From Octopus sinensis (lineage: Eukaryota), in contig NC_043001.1 in the NCBI RefSeq assembly GCF_006345805.1, forward strand, positions 79,856,001-79,920,000: a stretch of 64,000 bases of DNA, written 5' to 3'. The stretch's first letter is position 1, and every line of letters starts with the position of its first letter. A program made the translations under genes and the position numbers. Shown piece by piece: positions 1 through 9,520 of this stretch. Under the pieces are notes generated by a model that saw nothing but the letters and a program-made list of their open reading frames with translations, was not told where the DNA came from and searched no databases.

Positions 1-363
1 TTTCACGAGGCATTCTCGTCCATGCCTCGCCAATATCTGACCTAAAATTTTCAAATCGTCGCACTCGCGCCAAATTTATCGGCAGCAAATAAATATAAGC
101 CGCCGATTCCATTACGGAACCAACCAGAAAATTCATAATTAATCAATATAGGGAGGCAAAAAAATTTTGTAGAATTCTTTTGCCCCCAGCGGCCTAGTGG
201 GAAAAAATTAAATAGTCATAAACCATTTTTAAGTTCAATATCACAATCAAGGAACGGCCATAATAGGCCATTCACCCACTAGAAATAACAGCCAAAAAGC
301 TTCAACCGCAAAATAACATTAATTCCGTAAATCAGGAGAAAATTAAAAAACATTTACCCTGAA

Positions 364-469
364 ATTCCTTATACGATCACCGTTTCTTCTACTGTTTAAT
401 GGTAAACTAACGTGATTAAATTAAATCAAGCCAATCTACCATAGGCCCTTAGATTCGTCAGTAAGGAAT
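364..469 (-). ncRNA. Hammerhead motif copy, CUGACGA variant, 1-nt deletion in loop III
   Basis: Reverse complement of the array motif; g457 changes N7. Confidence 0.7.
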
Positions 470-849
470 AGCCAAATCGGAACAGATATTTTTCACGAGG
501 CATTCTCGTCCATGCCTCGCCAATATCTGACCTAAAATTTTCAAATCGTCGCACTCGCGCCAAATTTATCGGCAGCAAATAAATATAAGCCGCCGATTCC
601 ATTACGGAACCAACCAGAAAATTCATAATTAATCAATATAGGGAGGCAAAAAAATTTTGTAGAATTCTTTTGCCCCCAGCGGCCTAGTGGGAAAAAATTA
701 ATAGTCATAACCATTTTTAAGTTCAATATCACAATCAAGGAACGGCCATAATAGCCATTCACCCACTAGAAATACAGCCAAAAAGCTTCAACCGCAAAAT
801 AACATTAATTCCGTAAATCAGGAGAAAATTAAAAAACATTTACCCTGAA

Positions 850-956
850 ATTCCTTATACGATGCACCGTTTCTTCTACTGTTTAATGGTAAACTAACGT
901 GATTAAATTAAATCAAGCCAATCTACCATAGGCCCTTAGATTCATCAGTAAGGAAT
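850..956 (-). ncRNA. Hammerhead motif copy
   Basis: attccttatacgatgcaccgtttc...tcatcagtaaggaat. Confidence 0.8.
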
Positions 957-1338
957 AGCCAAATCGGAACAGATATTTTTCACGAGGCATTCTCGTCCAT
1001 GCCTCGCCAATATCTGACCTAAAATTTTCAAATCGTCGCACTCGCGCCAATTTATCGGCAGCAAATAAATATAAGCCGCCGATTCCATTACGGAACCAAC
1101 CAGAAAATTCATAATTAATCAATATAGGGAGGCAAAAAAATTTTGTAGAATTCTTTTGCCCCCAGCGGCCTAGTGGAAAAAATTAAATAGTCATAAACCA
1201 TTTTTAAGTTCAATATCACAATCAAGGAACGGCCATAATAGGCCATTCACCCACTAGAAATAACAGCCAAAAAGCTTCAACCGCAAAATAACATTAATTC
1301 CGTAAATCAGGAGAAAATTAAAAAACATTTACCCTGAA

Positions 1339-1445
1339 ATTCCTTATACGATGCACCGTTTCTTCTACTGTTTAATGGTAAACTAACGTGATTAAATTAA
1401 ATCAAGCCAATCTACCATAGGCCCTTAGATTCATCAGTAAGGAAT
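1339..1445 (-). ncRNA. Hammerhead motif copy
   Basis: Same motif as at 850-956. Confidence 0.8.
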
Positions 1446-1827
1446 AGCCAAATCGGAACAGATATTTTTCACGAGGCATTCTCGTCCATGCCTCGCCAAT
1501 ATCTGACCTAAAATTTTCAAATCGTCGCACTCGCGCCAAATTTATCGGCAGCAAATAAATATAAGCCGCCGATTCCATTACGGAACCAACCAGAAAATTC
1601 ATATTAATCAATATAGGGAGGCAAAAAAATTTTGTAGAATTCTTTTGCCCCCAGCGGCCTAGTGGGAAAAAATTAAATAGTCATAAACCATTTTTAAGTT
1701 CAATATCACAATCAAGGAACGGCCATAATAGGCCATTCACCCACTAGAAATACAGCCAAAAAGCTTCAACCGCAAAATAACATTAATTCCGTAAATCAGG
1801 AGAAAATTAAAAAACATTTACCCTGAA

Positions 1828-1932
1828 ATTCCTTATACGATGCCCGTTTCTTCTACTGTTTAATGGTAAACTAACGTGATTAATTAAATCAAGCCAATCT
1901 ACCATAGGCCCTTAGATTCATCAGTAAGGAAT
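1828..1932 (-). ncRNA. Hammerhead motif copy, 1-nt deletion in loop III
   Basis: Same motif, gatgccc instead of gatgcacc. Confidence 0.7.
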
Positions 1933-2313
1933 AGCCAAATCGGAACAGATATTTTTCACGAGGCATTCTCGTCCATGCCTCGCCAATATCTGACCTAAAA
2001 TTTTCAAATCGTCGCACTCGCGCCAAATTTATCGGCAGCAAATAAATAAGCCGCCGATTCCATTACGGAACCAACCAGAAAATTCATAATTAATCAATAT
2101 AGGGAGGCAAAAAAATTTTGTAGAATTCTTTTGCCCCCAGCGGCCTAGTGGGAAAAAATTAATAGTCATAAACCATTTTTAAGTTCAATATCACAATCAA
2201 GGAACGGCCATAATAGGCCATTCACCCACTAGAAATAACAGCCAAAAAGCTTCAACCGCAAAATAACATTAATTCCGTAAATCAGGAGAAAATTAAAAAA
2301 CATTTACCCTGAA

Positions 2314-2420
2314 ATTCCTTATACGATGCACCGTTTCTTCTACTGTTTAATGGTAAACTAACGTGATTAAATTAAATCAAGCCAATCTACCATAGGCCCT
2401 TAGATTCATCAGTAAGGAAT
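2314..2420 (-). ncRNA. Hammerhead motif copy
   Basis: Same motif as at 850-956. Confidence 0.8.
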
Positions 2421-2778
2421 AGCCAAATCGGAACAGATATTTTTCACGAGGCATTCTCGTCCATGCCTCGCCAATATCTGACCTAAAATTTTCAAATCGT
2501 CGCACTCGCGATTGTGATATTGAACTTAAAAATGGTTTATGACTATTTAATTTTTTCCCACTAGGCCGCTGGGGGCAAAAGAATTCTACAAAATTTTTTT
2601 GCCTCCCTATATTGATTAATTATGAATTTTCTGGTTGGTTCCGTAATGGAATCGGCGGCTTATATTTATTTGCTGCCGATAAATTTGGCGCGAGTGCGAC
2701 GATTTGAAAATTTTAGGTCAGATATTGGCGAGGCATGGACGAGAATGCCTCGTGAAAAATATCTGTTCCGATTTGGCT

Positions 2779-2885
2779 ATTCCTTACTGATGAATCTAAG
2801 GGCCTATGGTAGATTGGCTTGATTTAATTTAATCACGTTAGTTTACCATTAAACAGTAGAAGAAACGGTGCATCGTATAAGGAAT
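2779..2885 (+). ncRNA. Type I hammerhead ribozyme motif
   Basis: attcctta-CTGATGA(2787-2793)-long hairpin-GAAAC(2862-2866)-ggTGCAtc-GTA(2875-2877)-taaggaat; stem I 8 bp; stem III ACGG/UCGU with UGCA loop; A.A instead of G-C at base of stem II. Confidence 0.8.
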
Positions 2886-3269
2886 TTCAGGGTAAATGTT
2901 TTTTAATTTTCTCCTGATTTACGGAATTAATGTTATTTTGCGGTTGAAGCTTTTTGGCTGTTATTTCTAGTGGGTGAATGGCCTATTATGGCCGTTCCTT
3001 GATTGTGATATTGAACTTAAAAATGGTTTATGACTATTTAATTTTTTCCCACTAGGCCGCTGGGGGCAAAAGAATTCTACAAAATTTTTTTGCCTCCCTA
3101 TATTGATTAATTATGAATTTTCTGGTTGGTTCCGTAATGGAATCGGCGGCTTATATTTATTTGCTGCCGATAAATTTGGCGCGAGTGCGACGATTTGAAA
3201 ATTTTAGGTCAGATATTGGCGAGGCATGGACGAGAATGCCTCGTGAAAAATATCTGTTCCGATTTGGCT

Positions 3270-3375
3270 ATTCCTTACTGATGAATCTAAGGGCCTATGG
3301 TAGATTGGCTTGATTAATTTAATCACGTTAGTTTACCATTAAACAGTAGAAGAAACGGTGCATCGTATAAGGAAT
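3270..3375 (+). ncRNA. Type I hammerhead ribozyme motif (copy)
   Basis: CTGATGA 3278-3284, GAAAC 3352-3356, GTA 3365-3367. Confidence 0.8.
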
Positions 3376-3759
3376 TTCAGGGTAAATGTTTTTTAATTTT
3401 CTCCTGATTTACGGAATTAATGTTATTTTGCGGTTGAAGCTTTTTGGCTGTTATTTCTAGTGGGTGAATGGCCTATTATGGCCGTTCCTTGATTGTGATA
3501 TTGAACTTAAAAATGGTTTATGACTATTTAATTTTTTCCCACTAGGCCGCTGGGGGCAAAAGAATTCTACAAAATTTTTTTGCCTCCCTATATTGATTAA
3601 TTATGAATTTTCTGGTTGGTTCCGTAATGGAATCGGCGGCTTATATTTATTTGCTGCCGATAAATTTGGCGCGAGTGCGACGATTTGAAAATTTTAGGTC
3701 AGATATTGGCGAGGCATGGACGAGAATGCCTCGTGAAAAATATCTGTTCCGATTTGGCT

Positions 3760-3866
3760 ATTCCTTACTGATGAATCTAAGGGCCTATGGTAGATTGGCT
3801 TGATTTAATTTAATCACGTTAGTTTACCATTAAACAGTAGAAGAAACGGTGCATCGTATAAGGAAT
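3760..3866 (+). ncRNA. Type I hammerhead ribozyme motif (copy)
   Basis: CTGATGA 3768-3774, GAAAC 3843-3847, GTA 3856-3858. Confidence 0.8.
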
Positions 3867-4163
3867 TTCAGGGTAAATGTTTTTTAATTTTCTCCTGATT
3901 TACGGAATTAATGTTATTTTGCGGTTGAAGCTTTTTGGCTGTTATTTCTAGTGGGTGAATGGCCTATTATGGCCGTTCCTTGATTGTGATATATATATAT
4001 ATATATATATATCAACCGAAATTGCGAGGATAATCTGGTAGTTGGCTGAGAAAAGAAAACTTCGAATGACCCGTCCTTGTTTTCTTTGTATTGTCTATCT
4101 GGATGTTTTGTTGTCCCTTGTTGGATCCCACTTTGAATTATATATATATATATACATATATAT

Positions 4164-4481
4164 GAGTCCGCTGCCCTAACCACTGGGCCATTGCCCAGTG
4201 GTTAGGGCAGCGGACCCGCGGTTGTAGGATCGCGGTTTCGATTGCCAGACCGGGCGTTGTGAGTGTTTATTGAGCGAAAACACCTAAAGCTCCACGAGGC
4301 TCCGGCAGGGGGTGGTGGTGATCCCTGCTGTACTCTTTCGCCACAACTTTCTCTCACTCTTTCTTCTGTTGGCTTGCTCGCTTAGCCAGCGGGGCGGCGT
4401 CATTTGAAGGCTAAAACAATGCGAAGCGCATTGTGACCAGCGATGTGTAGTAACATCTGATAGCCTGGTCGGTCACGGTGA
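4164..4481 (+). mobile_element. tRNA-derived SINE with fold-back 5' end, between (TA)n tracts
   Basis: A-box-like cagtggttagg, B-box-like gtttcgattgc; related copies at 18000-18186 (-) and 41207-41430 (+). Confidence 0.8.
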
Positions 4482-5134
4482 TATATATATATATATATAT
4501 TGAAGTCCGGTACTTATTCTCTCAGGCTTTTTCTGAACCGTTAAGTTAAGGGGACGTAAACACAACACCAACAATTTCTTACGTCCACGGATCCAGAACC
4601 ATAGGGTCTAACATGCTAATCCCTATTTCTAACATGGCCATCAACAACAATGAGACCCCCTTGTTCTTAATAGATTTCGTAATACAGAGTTAGTTGATGC
4701 TAAAAGAGTTTGTTCAAGAAGTGGCTCAAATAATTTATTATTAAATAAGAGGACGATTGATAAAGTGTGTGTTGTGATTTGGAAGTCTGAATTTATTAAC
4801 TTTAGGGAAATATCAATATTCATCTTTTATCGTTTGCTTGTGTCGGTCACTGGATGCGGCTGACTATTCTCGAGTAGCGGCTTCAAGAATTTTAGTCGAA
4901 CGAATCGTGCGTATTCTGCCGTTCTCTATTTACCGGAGCGCTAATTACAGGAGGTGCAAATACAGCAACACCTCTTGTGAAGCATAATCATAAAGACACA
5001 CACACTTAGATGTATATACACTTATTATCCATACGAATATACATATATGCATGTATATACTTACATAGGTGTATACAAGTGTGCATATAAATATATATAT
5101 ATATGAATACTCACACACACAAACACATATATAT

Positions 5135-5253
5135 ATCGTGAAGTATATCTGCCACCTAAATGTGGCGGACCCACAGCTGACGATGCTACTATTGTTTATA
5201 GCCCCAGGAAGTAGCATCGTCCCCAAATTTAGGTGGCAAATATACTTCACGAT
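5135..5253. repeat. Small palindromic MITE-like element
   Basis: atcgtgaagtatatctgccacctaaat / atttaggtggcaaatatacttcacgat terminal inverted repeat plus inner gacgatgctact/agtagcatcgtc. Confidence 0.65.
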
Positions 5254-5297
5254 TCCGTGCTACTACTGTTTACGTCTCGCACAGAGATTTATTATTG

Positions 5298-5339
<42 letters not shown>

Positions 5340-5344
5340 TATAT

Positions 5345-5680
5345 AAAATTTCCAAGGAAACTATACGCAATATAAATCCTAAAAGGACAAATTCAATAGT
5401 TATTAATTGTGACTGACGTTGCAATTTTCACGCTACTATATTGCTCAATCAGCCATTGATTCATATGGTAAATAATATATACTAACATTCGGAGTTTAGC
5501 CAAACGATCCAGCGATGGCGTTACTACCACCGACGAGCTTTAAGTTTAAGCGAAACTAGGATGGTATGGTGATATCGCTCGTTGTTATGCAAGTTATCTT
5601 CCATGTCAGTTCATAGACATGTGCTTCTTTGCGACTTCAAGGGATTTTAACTCTTATTTCTAGTAATGCAGGTGCTACCC
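5345..5680 (+). mobile_element. (TA)n-embedded element with degenerate hammerhead (5525-5566)
   Basis: tacca-CcGACGA-gctt/aagc-GAAAC-tagga-tggta; tatttctag at 5655-5663; flanked by TA tracts. Confidence 0.5.
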
Positions 5681-5712
5681 TATATATATATCTATATTAT
5701 ATATATATATAT

Positions 5713-5763
<51 letters not shown>

Positions 5764-5977
5764 ATATATATATAGGAGCGTCCAATAATACTATACTTGT
5801 TCCACGTCCTCGCGTTGTTGTGTTTTCTCTTTGTGTTTTCATGTTTGTATTGACTATATATATATATAAGTTTCCCAGTAACAAATTTATTCACAAGGTT
5901 TGATCGTCCCGAGGATGTAGTAAAAGACGCTTGCCTAAGGGAACGCGCCGTGTGACTGAATACAGAACCATAATACA

Positions 5978-6155
5978 GTTCTATATTTACGAGATGAGGA
6001 ATTATGTACGTTATTTACATTTGACTGATATTTGTCCTCATCTTTTTTGCTATTAACACACCATTTCGGCTGATATACCCTCCACCCTTCATCAAGTGTC
6101 TTGGGGAAATTTGGAACCTGGGTTCTCATTCCTAAGGTCTTTTTCAATGTTATTA
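5978..6155 (-). mobile_element. Tail of SINE-like repeat with hammerhead-like core
   Basis: Homologous to 28186-28378 (-) and 6400-6500 (+). Confidence 0.7.
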
Positions 6156-6267
6156 ACTTTAGACTGAGTGCAGATATGAGTAGCGTATGAGAACCGGTAT
6201 TAAAGGAAGGATAAGAAGGATAAGAAAATATTAGATTTATAAGCCCTAAAATTTACTCCATAATTCT

Positions 6268-6500
6268 CCCCGAGCATATGGTGTAGTAGTTAAGAGCGCG
6301 GGCTACTAACCCCAAGTTAGTAACTCCAAGTTCGATTCCAAGCAGTGACCTGAATAATAATAATAATAGATAATAATAATAATAATAACAACAACAACAT
6401 CGAAAAATACTTCGAAATGAGAACCCAAGAGTGTATATCAGCTGAAACTTTGTGTTAACAACAAACAAGATATCCGTCAAATATAAATAATGTACAGAAC
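6268..6500 (+). mobile_element. tRNA head + (AAT)n(AAC)n + tail SINE (tail internally deleted)
   Basis: ggtgtagtagttaagagcgcgggc...gttcgattcca, then microsatellite, then tail matching 5978-6155. Confidence 0.7.
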
Positions 6501-7739
6501 CATAAGTTTGGAAAGTAAACTTCTTCGTATACACTAACGCCTTGTCGAAGGTGCCGCATAGTAACACTGAACTTGAAACCTCACCCGTTCAAAGCGAGCT
6601 TAATTACTACACAGCCATACGTTTGCTTATATTTTGTTTCTAAACGTATTCCCACTTCGATGCAATGACTGTTGTAACGGCAAGTCAACAGAGGTAGGGT
6701 ACAAGGACATAGATATTCATCGGTATCTATCACATCGGCAGTGAGCAACTATAAAACTTCCTTTCGCAAATCTAAGTGGGACACCGCTTTGCTAATCTGC
6801 GTTTCTTTCGAGAATGCATGCACCGATTCTCTGAGGTGGGGGGGTAAACACCAACTCAAAGACACGTGCATACCCCTTCCTGCGACTGTCCTTCATGGAG
6901 GACAGTCGCAGGAGAAGTCGAAACGATCGTCGTGCTGGATACAGACTAATGTCAAATCCATATTCCGCTTCATTTATCGATTATTAGTATTATTATCTCA
7001 ACAAACACTGCAGAATTCCTGAAGCAGATCCAGCGGAAATATACTCTGCCAGCTCACCGCCTTGAGAAATAATTATAATAAATCAATAACATATCATGCT
7101 TTAAGGCAACAACCTGACAAATCGTTGCCGCGTCGATCAAAATGTTTCGCAGCCTTTCTTCCTGTTCTTCACGCTTCTGGTTCAAATTCCGCCGAAACTC
7201 TCTTTGACATTCGACATTTTATCAAAATGATTTACTAATCTCCACCCAATTCCAATAAAATTGCCTCATTCCAAAATTTCAAGCAACTTATAATATAAAC
7301 TCGTTTAGCACCGGTTGCGGTTTGAATGCATCAAGAAAGTGCTTCCTCGTGAAGTATATACACCGGACATTGTCTCTAACAGATAAAGTTCGACTTTTGA
7401 TGAGTCAATAGCAGTATGTTTGTGAGAAGTATGTGTTAATTATGTAACATTAGCTCTTCGATACTGTATGACATAAAGAATGAAAAATTGCTTTCTTACG
7501 TAAGTCAATAAAATTAATATATCTCTACTCTGTGTTTTGCATGTTCTTCATTAAAATTTCATTTGCTTCTCATTTAATGTTTCTTTTACTTTCATCGACC
7601 AACTTGCAGGTGTTTTAAAGATAAAATGAAGCGGCGAACTGTTGGGTAAACTATTATGCGCCAAGCTAACCATCGGGCTCCCAGAAAAACTCGGTTGCCG
7701 GATGTGTGAAGGTTTGCATTGGTGCACAGCGTAACTATC

Positions 7740-9520
7740 CTTTCTACGAAAGGCACAAGGCGTGAAATTTTGTGGGAGAGGACTAGTCGTTTACATCGAT
7801 CCCGGTGTTTCACTGCTACTTAATTTATCGACTCTGAAAGTTGACCTTGGCGGAATTTGAACTCAGAGCAGTGAACAGCAATAACAACAACGCAAAAGTT
7901 TTACACATGCAGAGAAGAGGCACGTAGATGAGACATCGAGGGAACCTCAACAAGGTAAGGTAACTATACATGCAAGAAATGACGGCTAAATTTCACTAAA
8001 AACAAATGTTACAATATTGATTTCAAATTTTGACACATGGTGAGCAGTTTGGGAGGAGGGGTTAAGTTGATTGCATCGACCCTAGTATGCAACTGGTACT
8101 TGTTTTATAGACTCCGAAAGGATGAAAAGCAAAGTCTACCTCAGCGGAATTTGAACTCAGAACGTAAAGACGGACGACATGCCGCCAAGCATTTTGACCA
8201 TTTTGACCGATTCTCCCAGCTCGCCACCTTGATTATATGCTACAATATTCTTTTCTACTCTAATCACAAGGCCCGAAATTTTAGGAGAGGGGGTCAATCG
8301 ATTAGATCGACCCCAGTAAGCAACTGGTGCTTAATTTATCGACGCCGAAAGGATGAAAAGCAAAGTCGACCTCGGCGAAATTTGAACTCAGAACATAAAG
8401 ACAGACGAAATACCTATTTCTTTACAACCCAAAAGGGGCTAAACATAGAGAGGACAAACAAGGACAGACAAACGGATTATGTCGATTATATGCTACAATA
8501 TTCTTTTCTACTCTAATCACAATGCCCAAAATTTTAGGGCTGGGGGCTAATCGATTATATCAACTCCAGTGCGTAACTGGTACTTATTTAATCGACCTCG
8601 AAAGGATGAAAGGCAAAGTTGACCTCGGCGGAATTTGAACTCAGAACGTAGCGGCAGACGAAATACCACTAAGCATTTCACCCGGCGTGCTAACGTTTCT
8701 GCCAGCTCGCCGCCTTTCAAATGCTACAATATTGAAAACAGATGAGGATGTTATTAATTTATTAAGTTCCACCGAGACGGAATTTAAACTCAGAACATGA
8801 AGACGGACGAAATGCTTCTAAGCATTTTACCAGGTGTGCTAACGATTCTGCCAACTCGACGCCTTAGTGCACTGGGTAATTATAGATACACCTGAGCTGG
8901 CAGAAACGCTAGCACACCGGGAGAAATGCTTAACGGTATTTCGTCTGTCATTACGTTGTGAGTTCAAATTCCGCCGAGGCTGACTTTGCCTTTCATCCTT
9001 TCGGGGTCGATAAATTAAGTACCAGTTACGCACTGGGTTCGATATAATCGACTTAATACCTATGTCTGTCCTTGTTTGTCCTCTCTGTGTTTAGTCCCTT
9101 GTGGGTAGTAAATAAATAGATATTTCACCTGTCGTTACGTTCTGAGTTCAAATTCCACCAAGGTCGACTTTGCCTTTCATTCTTTCAGCGTCGATAAATT
9201 AAGTACTAATTGCTTACTGGGGTCGATCTAATCAATGGGGCCCCTGCCCCCAAAATTTCGGGCCTTGTGCCTAGAGTAGAAAAGAATATTGTAACAGTTG
9301 ATCAAGGCAGCGAGCTAGGAGAATCATTAACAAGCCGGTCAAAATGCTTAGCGGCATTTCGTCCGTCTTTACGTTCTAAGTTCAAATTCCGCTGCGGTAG
9401 ACTTTGCTTTTCATCTTTTCGAAGTCGATAAAATAAGTACCAGTTGCGTGCTGGGGTCGATGCAATCAACTAAACCCCTCCCCCTAAAACTGCTGACCTT
9501 GTGTCGAAATTTGAAATCAG
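7740..9520. mobile_element. Cluster of the dominant SINE family (core gcctttcatcctttcggggtcgataaattaagtaccag), minus copies then plus copies
   Basis: At least 7 partial or nested copies; core resembles the Meta/Sauria-SINE type domain (from memory). Confidence 0.85.

Larger units (their letters stand above)
1..2510 (-). repeat. ~490-bp tandem repeat array, left arm (about 5 units, runs off window start); each unit has a hammerhead ribozyme motif on the minus strand
   Basis: Same sequence recurs every ~487-491 bp; differences are mostly 1-bp indels; reverse complement of 2510-3992. Confidence 0.97.
2510..3992 (+). repeat. ~490-bp tandem repeat array, right arm (3 units), ending in (TA)n
   Basis: gattgtgatat recurs at 2510, 3001, 3491, 3982; the last copy runs into atatatat. 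Confidence 0.97.

Noticed and set aside
426-3803. Repeated 66-aa ORF (MNFLVGSV...) in the array
   Set aside because: No recognisable domain; broken by indels in some units; overlaps the ribozyme; better explained as a chance ORF in a repeat
1-3992. CRISPR-like or rDNA/5S array
   Set aside because: No unique spacers and no rRNA similarity that I can recognise
4194-4255. Functional tRNA genes (also 6275, 18110, 34620, 41210)
   Set aside because: A/B-box-like motifs continue into SINE bodies; no clean cloverleaf
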